Positions 1 through 13,543 of a stretch of 64,000 nt of DNA are shown piece by piece. Made by a program: the position numbers and the translations under genes. Numbering within the stretch: the first letter of the stretch is position 1; each line of letters opens with the position of its first letter. The notes below the pieces were generated by a model, which searched no databases, was not told the origin of the DNA, and worked only from the letters and a program-made list of their open reading frames with translations. The stretch lies in contig LSRY02000041.1 of assembly GCA_001643675.2 (NCBI GenBank), forward strand, positions 806,001-870,000, written 5' to 3'. The stretch comes from Monocercomonoides exilis PA203. Its lineage: Eukaryota > Protista > Preaxostyla.

Positions 1-1867
1 TTTATCATAATTCTCTGAATTGTTTGAAGCAGCATTTGATGAAGCATTTGAAGAAATATTTGAAGAGTTATCAGGTTTCAATTGGCTATCTGTTATCACT
101 CCAACTGGAGATTTTCTTTGCTTTGGGAAATGGCTTATTCGATAAACTGAATCAGAAACAGTTTCATTATGGAAATTTGGATCATTTTGAAGACTATGTG
201 AATGATATATTTGAACATGATTGGAAATAGAAGAATAAGAAAATTGATTATTGGGAGAAGAAGAAGAAGATGATGATGATGATGATAAAGATGATGCAAT
301 TGATGATAATTGTGAATTTTCAGATAAAAATTCATTTGTTTTGCTGAATGAATGAGTTGAAGTTGGAAACATCTGATTTGAAGAAGATGGAGTGTTTTGT
401 TTGAAATCATTGATAACTTTGAGATTCTTCAGAAACACAAACTGAGAGGAAGGAGGAACAATCCAGTCAGGAACGAACGATACAACTGGAAATGTGGAAG
501 AAGAGGAAGAAGAGGAAGAAGAGGAAGAAGAGGAAGAAGAGGAAGAAGAGGAAGAAGAAGAGGAAGAAGATGATGACGAAGATGAAGAGAAAGATGAAGA
601 AGAGGAGGAGAAAGATGTTGAAACTCCTTTTGTGCATTCAGCTTTATCATTTTCAATGTTTTGTTCAATATTCTCATAATTAAGTTTATTTTCATCTCTC
701 TCTGAAAATGAAGGCAAACGACAATATGATTGATAAAGCACGCTCAAAAACTGCCTTTTCATGTATTTTCTGCACTCCCGCATTGTTTTCTGTATCTTTT
801 CATTCTCCTTCATCAAAAGCATCCGATTCTTCTCGTTTTCGTCGATTAATCCATTGCATAATCTTTTATTCTTGCTGAATTTACCTTCGATTTCGTTCTC
901 TTTCTTCTTTTGCAAGTTTATTTCTCCATTTTCCGTTCCTCTTTCTCTTTCTCTTTCTTTTTCCCCTCTTCCCTCTTTATCTTCTTCTCTTTCTCTTTCC
1001 ATTTCCCCTCTTCCTTCTCCTTCCCTTTCTTCTCCTTCCTCTCCTCCCTTTTCTTTCCTCCTCTTATCAAAGAACCTCAGCACCACCAGCCATTCATTCG
1101 GCCTCAGATGGCTCGTCCAGCTCTTCACAGAAAGTGTGTCTTCTTCCACTTCAAACGAAGAAGGCAAAGAAATGCCACACAAATAGAACAAACGCGCTTG
1201 TTTGACAGGAGGCGGAGGAAGAGAAGGAAGCTGGCGAGTGAAGAGAAGGAAGTTCGTGTGTAAATGTGCACCGATGAGACGAAGGGGGAAAAGAGGGGTT
1301 TTGAAGAAGGAGGAGGAGAAGAAGCGGAAGAAGCTGTTTGAATAAGAAACAGAAGTGAAAGGGGGTTTGATTGGCTTGAAATTGCCCTGGGGAGTGAGGG
1401 AGAAAGAGGAAGACAAACGAGAATAGGAGAAGAGGGAAATGAAATCATTGCAGGAGTTCAGTGAGGAATTATCAGAGAATTGTGTGTCTGTGTGAATGTC
1501 TCTATTTGAGGAAGAGGAAGAGGAAAAAGAAGAATAGGAGGAGGAGGAGGAAGAAGAAGACAACAATAATGAGTTGACTTCACCATTAGTCCTCGAACTG
1601 CCCATTCCATCGAACTTCTGTGAAAAAGCCGAGAAATTCGGCTGAAACGTGCGAAGCGCCAAAAATTGGCTATTTTTTTCGATTTTCCCAATTTTGTTGA
1701 AGTCAAACAGAAGCATTTCAGAATTAGCTGAGTGCATTTCTTCTTTGTTGGCTTCGATGAATGGAAGAAGAGAAGAAAGGGAAAGAGAAGAAGGAGAGAG
1801 AAGAGATGAGAGGGATTTGAGGGAGAGGGTGTGGGGGGTGAGGATGTTTGGAGTGGAAGAAGAAGAA

Positions 1868-1902
<35 letters not shown>

Positions 1903-2114
1903 GGAGGAGGAGGAAGATTGAAATGATTGATTTGTGGTTAAAGAAGAATAAGAAGAAGAAGAAAAAGATGATGACGATGAAAAGGAAGAAGAACGAGATG
2001 TGTTAGAATCTTGTGGAGAATTCTGCAAGTAATAAGAAGGCAAAGTAACAGAAGAAGAAGAAGAAGAGGAGGAGGAGGAGGAAGAAGAAGATGTTGATGA
2101 AATTGATAAGGAAG

Positions 2115-2145
<31 letters not shown>

Positions 2146-5100
2146 AGACGAAGAAGAAGCAAGAGGAGAGCGAGAAAGAGGAGAAGAAGTGCGAGAAAGG
2201 TTCTGTCTTTGAATGGAGCGATTGCTTGGCCGGCGATGAATGCTGAGTCTAACTAGGCCGAGTGAAGAGAGTGAAGAAGAATGGACAAGAGAAGATTGAG
2301 GAGAGGAAGAGGGAGAGGAGGAGGAGGAAGAAGATGGAGAAGAAAAGGATGAGGATGAGGATGAGGATGAGGATGAGGATGTTGATGTGGATAAAGAAGA
2401 AGAGGAAGATGACACAGAAGAAGAAGAAGATGATGATGACACTCTATCATTTGAAGTGACTGTATTCAAATTACGCTGATTGGATGAAGTGTTTTGAAGT
2501 GATTGAGAAGTGATTAAACAAGAAGAAGAGGAGGAAGAGGAGGAAAAGGAGGAAGAAGAGGAAGAAGAGGATGAGGAAGAAGGAGAAGGAGGAGGAGAAG
2601 AAGAAGAAGGAGAAGAAGATGATGATGAATTGTCGAATGATGTGACACGAGAAGGCGGAGGAGAAGGGAAAGGGAAAGGAGAAGGAAGAAGCTGCTGAGC
2701 ACCTGTTTTCTTTGAATTTTGTGTGATTTTATTTGAAATTTCAATGTTTTGCTTGTTTTGTGGTGTTGTGTTAAGAGATGAAGCAGAAGCAGACTTGGAA
2801 ATTATTTTGCTATCTTTCAATGAATTGTCATTCAAATTGATTTGCTGAGAAGAAGAAGAAGAAGAAGATGGAATATTCTTTTTTGCATTCACATTTCGGT
2901 CTCCATTTTCCTTTTCCTTTTCATTTTCTTTCAATTTTTCACTTGCACTTGCATTTGAACAAGTGTTTATGTTATCATTTATCTTCAAATCAATTCGTTC
3001 ATTTCCTTTTCCCTTATTCACCTCATCTTCTCCTCCATCTTTCTTCCCTTCTTTCATTTTCTCTCTTTCCTTCCATTTCTCCACTTTCTCTTCAAATCTC
3101 CTTTTTTCCTCTTCAACCTGCTTAGCACAATAATCAGGCATAACTGAACCAACTTCAAACATCTGCTGAAGCTGAGAAAATGTTGTTTTCAGCCAATTTT
3201 GATGCAAAAACAAGAGAGAATTCGAAACACTTCGAAGAGAAAGAAGACTAAACTGGATGAAATGCTGAGTGAAGGAGAGGTCGGGAAAGCAAGAGTTGGG
3301 ATGCGGAATGAAAGAGAGTGGAATGCTTGGAAGAAACTGGTGAAGAGGAGGAAGATGAAGATGATGATGAAGATGATGATGAGGATGATGACTGTTGTTG
3401 TTGGGTATAATAGATTGTGTGAAGTATTCAGAAATAGATCTGTTGCGAATGAAAGAAGAAGAACGGGAGGAAGAACAGGAGAAGGAGGAAGATGACGATG
3501 ACATCGCTGTTGATATTGAAGGATTTTTAAGACTTTTGCTAAAAGAGGATTTCCTGGCAGGTTCGGACTTGTTGGCGAGATGAGAATTCAATGAAGAAGG
3601 ATAAGATGAATAAGAAGAAGAAATAGAAATAGAAGAAGAAGGAGAAGAAGAAGAAGATGATGATGATGGCAAAGAAGAAGAAGAAGAAGAAGAATTTGAA
3701 GCAGAAGAAGGAATAGCTATTTGAGAAGGTTTTATCCGAATTGTTGAAGGCATTTTCCGTTCTTCCTGTGTATTATTCACAGAATAAAAAGCATTTTCTC
3801 TTTTATCATTGATTTTATTGTTATTGTCATTATTATTATTCGAATTATTCGAATTATTCTGCTGAACAAACGCTGATTCGACAGATAAACGCGAAGAAGG
3901 CGCTGTTTCTGATGTTTTTGTGCGGTTGAGAGAGGAAAAAGAGGATATTCCTGGCCAAGTGAGTGTTGTGGCTGTGGAAGAGGTTCTTGTTGGGAGGGTG
4001 TCGTAAGTCTTGTGGGAGATTGGGGACAAGATGGAAGAAGGAATGGAAGAAGGAATGGAAGAAGGAATGGAAGAAGGAGAAGGAATAGAAGGAGAAGGTG
4101 AAGAAGGTGAAGAAGGAGAAGAGGAGGAGGAAGAAGGTGATGAAGGTGATAGAGGCACTGAAACATTCGCAGAAAAAGAAGCAGAAGAAGAATTAGATGA
4201 AACAGTGGATGAGACAGACTGACGTGGAGAAAGCAAAGAAGGCGACGAAGCAGGTAAAGCAACGTCATTTGTCTCAACAATAGAATTCTCTGTTGCAAAG
4301 GAAGAATGAAGCAGTGGATTGGAAAGAGCAGAGGAAACTTCAGCAGACAAAGAAGCAGAATTGCGAGTGTCATTAGAAGACACTGAACAAGGCGGTGTTG
4401 CTGCTTGTGTGTTTCTGAATGAGGAAATTCCTTCTTGTGATTGAGGAGAGATTAATGGAAGAGATTTCATTGTGATTGGCAGAGGAGGCAGTGGCGAAGG
4501 GCGGCGGGCGATGGGACGGCTCGAAACAGAACGGATCGGCTGCGCTGGTGGAGGAATGGGTGATTGTGTTGTTCGTATTTCTGAAGGATTTGAAATGTTG
4601 CAAGAATCGATTGAAGTGCTGTTATCATCAGATGACGAAAGAGACTTCGCTTGAGTGATGCTGATCAAATAACTGAAATTGATTGGATCAACGCTCGTTA
4701 GTTGTCTGAATAAAAAATTTAATTGCTGTATAATTTGCATCCGAGTTGTCTTTGACGTCTGAGAAATCAAATTTAGAGTGAATGAGTGAGACATAAAATT
4801 TTGGAATGGTGGAGGCAGCGACGGTGCTATGCTTAATGGGCATATCGGGGCATTGCGAATAAGTTGACTGCTTCTGTTTCCCCTCTTATTTGTTGCATCT
4901 AAAACCGAAAAAGAGTTCTCACCATTAATAATAACTGGATTGAGGACAAATTGTTCTGTACAATTTGATTCCATTTTTTCTTTAATGATTTTCTGCCTTT
5001 TTGCTACTCTTTCAGTTCTATGAGTTAAAGATAAGCCAATATTTTCCTCTTGGATAATTAAGAAGTTTTTCTTAATTCGAAGCATTTCAATTCGTCTTTT

Positions 5101-5316
5101 CAACTGAGACATCTCGTCAAGAACTTTTGTTCTAGCTTTATATAGATTTTGGAGCGAATGGAGTGAATTTGAGCGCTGAATGAGCAATTTATTGAAACAA
5201 ATGCAGCAATTCTTTATAATTCTGTGAGATTGTGAAAAATATGACATAGGGAGCTGAATGCCATTTATTCTATTTACTAATAAGATTTTTTCAACAACTC
5301 CCTTATCTTTCTGCAT
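1..5316 (-). CDS. Large Ser-rich low-complexity hypothetical protein, >1770 aa, 3' end beyond the left window edge
   Basis: ATG at 5316 (MQKDKGVVEKILLVNRINGIQLPMSYFSQSHRIIKNCC...) follows an in-frame TGA. The frame was read open over about 4450-5316 and 1-300. The ORF track has no stop-terminated minus ORF in this frame across 1-5316, consistent with one unbroken ORF running off the edge. Confidence 0.8.
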
Positions 5317-5402
5317 AAATCACTTTCTACACCCAGAAAAAAGAATATTTGTGCGAAATAGGCATTAGTATGGGAAATTTATCCCATAGGTGAAAGTTGA
5401 CA
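5317..5402. promoter_or_regulatory. Putative bidirectional promoter region (86 bp between divergent start codons)
   Basis: Head-to-head ATGs at 5316 (-) and 5403 (+). Confidence 0.45.
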
Positions 5403-7722
5403 ATGTCATTATCCATTGTGAACGAGAGCTCCACAGATGATGTGCAGGAGATAAAGTTGGGAAATGAAAAGATAAATGAACTAAAAGAAAAAGACAACGA
5501 ATATAACGATGAGCTTGGACAGGAATTTTGTGAAACAATAACAAATTTAAGCACCTCATTAACGGCATTAGCTAATGAAATTGACAGTATTATTTTATTT
5601 TCTGCGAAGCATTTTAACTTTTAAAATTGTTTTAGTTCCTCTTCCAATTATTTTTGACTTTTTGCAGGAGAAATCACGCGAAGAAGAGGAATTAAAGATT
5701 CAGAATGAAGCGGAAAAAAGGAAAAAGATTAGAAAAGAAAAACTTGCTGAAAAGAAAAAAGAATTAAAAAACAAAAGGATGATGCTAGAAGTGAAGCAAT
5801 ATCTGAAAACTAAAAAGGATAACTGGACAAGAAGAGTTTGAAAATGCGTTATTACAAATAAATTTGATTTTTTAACAATTGATATTAATTAGTCATTAGC
5901 ACTTCTTCTTGCACAAATTCAGTCACGAATGTTTTCAACTCAGAATTCAAGAAATAAGTCAACTTGGACAAGACCTGAGATTATTTCTAATTTGAAAAAA
6001 TCAATCCTTTTTGTAATGGCAAAGATGAAGGAGCAAAACGACGATGAAGAAGATAATAGTGAGTCAGAAAATGAGGAAGAAGATGCAAAGAAAAATAGCC
6101 AGAAAATGGGAGATGAAAACCAAAAGGAGAGAGAAGCTGAAAAGAATGAGGAAGAAAAAAGCACAACAAAAGAGAATGAAGAGGAAGACGAGGAGGAAAA
6201 TGAAAAACGTGAGGAAGAAGAGGAAGAGGAAGAAGAAGAGAAAAAGGAGAGAAAAGATAAAGAAGATGTAGAGGAGAAAGAAGAGGAAGAGGAGAAAGAT
6301 GAAGAAAAAGATGACGAAAAGAGCGTGAAAGAACAACAAGTAGAAGAGAATGAAAAAGGAAAGGAAGAAGAAGACGAGGGAAACTCAATGGAAAAGGAAA
6401 ATGGTGAAGGAGAAGTTAAAGATAAAGACAATAATGAAAATCTATCTGAAGCAAAAGAAGAAGAAAGGGGAGAAAAAATAGATGAGATGGAGGAAATTAA
6501 GAGGACATATGAAAGGCAAGTGAAGAAGATAAAAGAAGCAGCAAGTCAAAGACAACTGGAAAGGTTATCGAGAATTGAAAGGATGAATAGCAAAGCAGAA
6601 GGAGAAGAAGAGAGGAAAGAGGAGAAAGAGGAAGAGGAAGAGGAAGAAAAGAAAGAGGAGAAAGAAGAAGAGAAAGAAGAAGGAACAGAATTGAATGGAA
6701 GTGAAGAAAGTGAGATAGAAGGAGAAAAAGCAGAAGAAGAGGAAGAGGAAAAAGAAAAAGAGGAAAAAGAGGAGGAAAGCAAAGAACAAGAGAATGAATT
6801 AAACGAAGTGAAGAATAACGAAAGAGAAGAAAAGGATGTTGAAAAGGAAGAAGAAAAGGAAGAAGAAAAGAAAGAAGAAGAAGAGGAGGAAGATAATCAA
6901 GAAAAGATTAAAGAAGAGGAAGAGGAAGCAGAAGAAGAGAAAAAAGAAGAGGAACAAGAACAGGAAGAAGTGAAAGAAGAGGAAGAGGAGAAGAAAAGTG
7001 AGAAAACTGAAGAAAATGAGGAAATTATAGAAAAAGAAAAAGAGAAAGAGAAAGAAGAAAACACGGGAAATGATGAAGAAGCACATGAAGAAAAAGAAGA
7101 ATTAACTGTTACAATGGAGAAAGAGGAAGAGAAAGATGATGGAAATGAAGAAAAGAACAAAAAAGAACAAGAAGCTCAACAAGAAGAACAAAAAGAACAA
7201 CAACAACAAGAAGAAGAAGAAGATTACACAGAAAAGTTAGAGAACAAAGATGAAGCTGAAAACATTGATGAAACAATTCTCCAAAATGAAAAGAAACAAG
7301 AGAGTTCAGAAGAGAAGAATGAAACAAGTGAGATTGAAAATCAGTCAGAAGAAAAAGCAGAAAGTGAAGAAAAGGAAGAAATGCAAAAAGGAATTGAAGA
7401 AACAGAAGAAAAGGAAGAGAAAGAGAAAGAGAAAGAAGAAGAAGAAGAAACAAAAATTTCAGAGGAAAAGAAAGAAGATGATGAAAATGAAAAGACAGAA
7501 GCAAAAGTTGATGAAAAAGAAGTTGAAAAAGAAGTGAAAGAAAAAGGAGAAGGAGAAAAAGGAGAGGAAGAGAAAGAAGAAGAAGAAGGAAAAGAAGAAG
7601 AAGAAGGAAAAGGAGAGGAAGGGAAAGAAAAAGAAGAAGAAAGGAAAAAAGAAGAATCTCACAATAATTTGAATTCTCAAATAGATTTATCTGTTGATAA
7701 CAAGGAAGTTGCAAATGGTTGA
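5403..7722 (+). CDS. Glu/Lys-rich acidic coiled-coil/disordered protein, 3 exons (5403-5586, 5636-5835, 5893-7722)
   Basis: Track ORFs 5397-5624, 5575-5841 and 5929-7722 join in frame via GT-AG introns 5587-5635 and 5836-5892 (..EID-IPLPIIFDFLQEK..; ..NWTRR-SLALLLAQIQSRMFST..). Confidence 0.8.
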
Positions 7723-8293
7723 GACTGTATTTTTGAGGCTGTTAAATGACATATCATTTCAAATCTTCTTTCACCGTCTTTCATTTCCCTCCATTTCTAT
7801 TATTTTAAATTCAAACATTCTTTCATTTTGTTCATTTCTTCTTCTTCTCTCTTCCATGTGTTTTTTTCAATTTCATTGTTGCCTTTGTAACTTTTGTTTC
7901 TTTTGATTATCATTCTGTTTGTTTGTTTGTTTTTCATTTCATCCGAGTTTTTATTTTATTATTTATTTTGTGAGTGTTTTTAAGTAAAGTGGAATAAAAA
8001 AGAAATGTTGTTCTGTGAGAGGAGAAAAGGAAATTGATTTTCTGTTTTCTTTATTTTTTTAAAAGTTCAATTTTGAAAGGAAACAACTGAAAAGTATTTT
8101 TCATAAATGAAGAAAAGGAAAAAAAAAAAGAAAAGAAAATGCTGATAAAGCAAACAACGAATGTTTCAGACATTAAATACTTCATCCGATTTTCAAAATT
8201 ATTGAAATTTAAATAAACGCAATTTCATTTCATTTCTTTTTTCATTTAAAAATTAAATAAAAAATAAAGCAAAGTAAAGTAAAGAAATATTCT

Positions 8294-9496
8294 TCATTCC
8301 TTCCTCATCTTCTTTTGTTTTTTGAGTGCTTCATTTTCCTTTCCAGCTGTTTTGAATGCAAATACTGTCCAACACCAGCACAAATGAATGAACTTCAGCG
8401 GAGATGATAGATAATACAGAGTTCCTGTCTTCTCTCCATTTCTTTTCTGTAAAATGGTGTGTGTGCGTGTGTGGGTGGGTGGGTGAGGGCAAAAAAAAAA
8501 AAGAAGGTTAAAGAAGATTAATTGAAAAGGAGGGGAGGAAAAAATGGAATAAATGAAGAGGAATAAAAGAAAAAAAATTGATCACATTGATAATCAGAGA
8601 AATAGACAAAAAAATTTGTTCAATTTTTTGATTAAATGCAATAAAAACAAATGAAAGGGAATCGAAAAATTAATTCCGAAGAAATAAAAATGAAAAACAA
8701 AAAATAAAAATCTGAAAATTTTGACAGTCAAAAAAAACACACCTTCATCCAAAAATCGAACCAGAAAGAGGAAATATTTGAAGGAGATAAAGAAGAAGAA
8801 GAAGAAGATGTTGATGATGAAGCTGATGCAGATGAAAAAGAAGACGAAGAGATTAGACTAAAAAGAGCATCCAGAAAAGAAGGATGAAATCTTATGAATT
8901 TTGCAAAGTTCATTTGCCTAATGAAATATAAATGTTGAAGTTTAACAAATGATAAAAAATGCAATTTAAAATAACATAATGTCATATATTTGAATGAATG
9001 AATGAGCAACAAAGAAAAGAGAATTCCAAAATCAATAAATAAAAGAAAAGAAAAGAAAAGAAAAGAAAAGAAAAGAAAAGAAAAAAAAGAAAAGAAAAAA
9101 AAGAAAAGAAAAGAAAAAAAAGAAAAGAAAAGAAAAGAAAAGAAAAGAAAAGAAAAGAAAAGAAAAGAAAAGAAAAGAAAAGAAAAGAAAAGAAAAGAAA
9201 AGAAAAGAAAAGAAAAGAAAAGAAAAAAAAGAAAAGAAAAGAAAAAAAAGAAAAGAAAAGAAAAGAAAAGAAAAGAAAAGAAAAGAAAAGAAAAGAAAAG
9301 AAAAGAAAAGAAAAGAAAAGAAAAGAAAAGAAAAGAAAAGAAAAGAAAAGAAAAGAAAAGAAAAGAAAAGAAAAGAAAAGAAAAGAAAAGAAAAGAAAAG
9401 AAAAGAAAAGAAAAGAAAAGAAAAGAAAAGAAAAGAAAAGAAAAGAAAAGAAAAGAAAAGAAAAGAAAAGAAAAGAAAAGAAAAAGAAAAGAAAAG

Positions 9497-9527
<31 letters not shown>

Positions 9528-9593
9528 GAAAAGAAAAGAAAAGAAAAGAAAAGAAAAGAAAAGAAAAGAAAAGAAAAGAAAAGAAAAGAAAAG

Positions 9594-9624
<31 letters not shown>

Positions 9625-10247
9625 GAAAAGAAAAGAAAAGAAAAGAAAAGAAAAGAAAAGAAAAGAAAAAGAAAAGAAAAAGAAAAGAAAAAAAAAGAAA
9701 AGAAAAGAAAAGAAAAGAAAAGAAAAGAAAAGAAAAGAAAAGAAAAGAAAAGAAAAGAAAAGAAAAGAAAAGAAAAGAAAAGAAAAAAAAAGAAAAGAAA
9801 AGAAAAGAAAAGAAAAGAAAAGAAAAGAAAAGAAAAAAAGAAAAGAAAAGAAAAAAAGAAAAGAAAAGAAAAGAAAAGAAAAGAAAAGAAACGAAAAGAA
9901 AAAAGAAAAGAAAAGAAAAGAAAAGAAAAGAAAGAAAAGAAAAAAGAAAAGAAAAGAAAAGAAAAGAAAAGAAAGAAAAGAAAAGAAAAGAAAAGAGAAG
10001 AAAAGAAAAAAGAAAAGAAAAGAAAAGAAAAGAAAAGAGAAGAAAAGAAAAAAGAAAAAAAGAAAAGAAAAGAAAAGAAAAGAAAAGAAAAGAAAAGAAA
10101 AGAAAAGAAAAGAAAAGAAAAGAAAAGAAAAGAAAAGAAAAGAAAAGAAAAGAAAAGAAAAGAAAAGAAAAGAAAAGAAAAGAAAAGAAAAGAAAAGAAA
10201 AGAAAAGAAAAGAAAAGAAAAGAAAAGAAAAGAAAAGAAAAGAAAAG

Positions 10248-10280
<33 letters not shown>

Positions 10281-10682
10281 AAAAAAAAAAAAAGAAAAAA
10301 AAAGAAAAAAAGAAAAGAAAAGAAAAGAAAAGAAAAGAAAAGAAAAGAAAAGAAAAGAAAAGAAAAGAAAAGAAAAGAAAAGAAAAGAAAAGAAAAGAAA
10401 AGAAAAGAAAAGAAAAGAAAAGAAAAGAAAAAAAGAAAAGAAAAGAAAAAAAGAAAAGAAAAGAAAAGAAAAGAAAAGAAAAAAAAAGAAAAGAAAAGAA
10501 AAGAAAAGAAAAGAAAAGAAAAGAAAAGAAAAGAAAAGAAAAGAAAAGAAAAGAAAAGAAAAGAAAAGAAAAGAAAAGAAAAGAAAAGAAAAGAAAAGAA
10601 AAGAAAAGAAAAAGAAAAAGAAAAAAGAAAAGAAAAGAAAAGAAAAGAAAAGAAAAGAAAAGAAAAGAAAAGAAAAGAAAAG

Positions 10683-10752
<70 letters not shown>

Positions 10753-11176
10753 AAAGAAAAAAAAAAAAAAGAAAAGAAAAAAAAAAGAAAAGAAAAGAAA
10801 AGAAAAGAAAAGAAAAGAAAAGAAAAGAAAAGAAAAGAAAAGAAAAGAAAAGAAAAGAAAAGAAAAGAAAAGAAAAGAAAAGAAAAGAAAAGAAAAGAAA
10901 AGAAAAGAAAAGAAAAGAAAAGAAAAGAAAAGAAAAGAAAAAGAAAAGAAAAGAAAAGAAAAGAAAAGAAAAGAAAAGAAAAGAAAAGAAAAGAAAAGAA
11001 AAGAAAAAAAAAGAAAAGAAAAGAAAAGAAAAAGAAAAGAAAAAGAAAAGAAAAGAAAAGAAAAGAAAAGAAAAGAAAAGAAAAGAAAAGAAAAGAAAAG
11101 AAAAGAAAAAGAAAAGAAAAGAAAAGAAAAGAAAAGAAAAGAAAAGAAAAGAAAAGAAAAGAAAAGAAAAGAAAAG

Positions 11177-11211
<35 letters not shown>

Positions 11212-11255
11212 GAAAAGAAAAGAAAAGAAAAGAAAAGAAAAGAAAAAAAGAAAAG

Positions 11256-11286
<31 letters not shown>

Positions 11287-13543
11287 GAAAAGAAAAGAAA
11301 AAAAGAAAAGAAAAGAAAAGAAAAGAAAAGAAAAGAAAAGAAAAGAAAAGAAAAGAAAAGAAAAGAAAAGAAAAAAAGAAAAGAAAAGAAAAGAAAAGAA
11401 AAGAAAAGAAAAGAAAAGAAAAGAAAAGAAAAGAAAAGAAAAGAAAAGAAAAAAAGAAAAGAAAAAAAGAAAAGAAAAGAAAAGAAAAAAAGAAAAGAAA
11501 AGAAAAGAAAAGAAAAGAAAAGAAAAGAAAAGAAAAGAAAAGAAAAGAAAAGAAAAGAAAAAAAGAAAAGAAAAGAAAAGAAAAGAAAAGAAAAGAAAAG
11601 AAAAGAAAAGAAAAGAAAAGAAAAGAAAAAAAGAAAAGAAAAGAAAAGAAAAGAAAAAAAGAAAAGAAAAGAAAAGAAAAGAAAAGAAAAGAAAAGAAAA
11701 GAAAAGAAAAGAAAAAAAGAAAAGAAAAAAAAGAAAAGAAAAGAAAAGAAAAAAAGAAAAGAAAAGAAAAGAAAAGAAAAGAAAAGAAAAGAAAAGAAAA
11801 GAAAAGAAAAGAAAAGAAAAGAAAAAAAGAAAAGAAAAGAAAAGAAAAGAAAAGAAAAGAAAAGAAAAGAAAAGAAAAGAAAAGAAAAGAAAAAAAAGAA
11901 AAGAAAAGAAAAGAAAAAAAAGAAAAGAAAAGAAAAGAAAAGAAAAGAAAAGAAAAGAAAAAAAAGAAAAGAAAAGAAAAGAAAAGAAAAGAAAAAAAAG
12001 AAAAGAAAAGAAAAGAAAAGAAAAGAAAAGAAAAGAAAAAAAAGAAAAGAAAAGAAAAGAAAAGAAAAGATAAGATAAGATAAGAAAAGAAAAAAAAGAA
12101 AAGAAAAGAAAAGAAAAGAAAAGAAAGAAAAATTCCAAACCTCTTTATCATTTCTGCACTATCATCCACTCTATCCCCGTGCATCTTCCACAGATTCGGT
12201 CTCTCCCAGTTCTTCTTCTCCTCAAAACAGAACTCCACCGCATCAGCTGCCGTAGCTGCGGAACGAAGCGAATAAGCAAGCGTTTCTCCTTCTGAATTGG
12301 AAAGCGCTGCTGCCTGCCCAACAAGAAGCAGATGCGACATCACAGGAAGCGGAGACGCACCGCCACGGATGCGCACATAGCGCAGCTGGGCAAACGGCGT
12401 TGATGAGGTGAAAGAGAACGAGGGAGATGGTTTGGATTCTGACTCGCTCTTGTTGTCTGACTGTGTGTTTGATTTAGATTTTGGATTTTCTTTTGTTTTT
12501 GGATTATCATTTTTGTCTTTTGGGTTTGATTCTTGTTCTGCTTTTGAAGAATTTCCGGTGTTTGTTTCAATTCTGTGCTGATCCAGAAACTTTGGCAATG
12601 ACATTTTTGACACTGAAGGAACGAGAAACGTTCTGAAGTGATTGTTCTCGCTGACTTCTTCAGATTCGCTTTTGCACAGGTACTGTCGATACCCAGGAAG
12701 CAGCTCTGTTTCGTATACTGTCTTCAGCACACACTTTTGATTTGTTAATTCAGAATGAAACAGTTTGTCCTGATAGATCAAAAACCCACTCATGGGATGT
12801 GCATATTTGTTAATCAATCCAAGAGAAACAGGAAGATCTGCATGAGATCCGCAAGCACCAATTAATATTCGCGTATCCATGCTATGTAGTTTCTCATCAC
12901 GATCGTTGTATTTCACGGTCCAATAGCCTCCATCACTGGTGAATTGAGATTCTGTGAATTGTGAATTCCATCTAATTCTCACCCTGCTCTTGTCAATAAG
13001 CCCAAGCAAAATCTGAAGAACAGAAATACGTTTTACAGCAATAACTTCAATTGGAATTTTTATTGTCAAGCCACTTGGAGATACAACAGTCTCCGAACCA
13101 ATAGTTATAGTCTGAGATTGTTTTGACACTTTGTCCCATATCCCTAATTCCTTCATCTGTTCGATTTCAGATGAACGTAACAATTCAAATGTGGTGTTGG
13201 GGTCTGGATAAATTTGTGGTGTGGCATTTGAAGGCAATTTTGGTTGTTGAAATGACTCAAGCATCCTTTCCAAAATTACAATATGTTTAAGTTTTGTTTT
13301 TTTCTGTATCTGAATAGCAGCAGATAAGCCTGAAATGCCTGCTCCAACTATTACAACGTCTTCAGCTTTCATATCGGTATCAACGCGATAATTTGGCTTT
13401 TCCTTCTTCCAAGCTCTTCTAAGTTGCTTTATTCCATGCATAAGGCCCATTCCAAGTGCGACACTAGCGCATACAGTTAAAATTACTTTTTTTGGCAGCT
13501 GGAGAAAGTCAAAAAAGCCCATTTTGATTATTGATTTGATCAT
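8294..13543 (-). CDS. FAD-dependent oxidoreductase-like protein (geranylgeranyl reductase / flavoprotein monooxygenase fold) with N-terminal hydrophobic anchor; exons 13543(or 13522)-12141, 8917-8743, 8446-8294
   Basis: Rossmann motif DVVIVGAGISGLSAA..VILER; ILIGACG at the DG-motif position; LLLVGQAAA..GETLAYSLRSAATAADAV at the GD-motif position. Phase-matched GT-AG introns 12140-8918 (AG|G, Arg) and 8742-8447 give a continuous frame ending ..KKQKKMRKE* at 8294. Confidence 0.75.
9041..12130. repeat. About 3.1-kb (AAAAG)n pentanucleotide microsatellite, intronic, with an internal poly-A stretch near 10683-10750
   Basis: Directly visible; lies inside the 3223-nt intron 8918-12140. Confidence 0.97.

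Noticed and set aside
9002-12073. 1023-aa KEKKR ORF and the 1136/1503-aa Phe/Ser/Leu ORF extensions
   Set aside because: Translations of the stop-free (AAAAG)n array, which is bounded by phase-matched splice sites.
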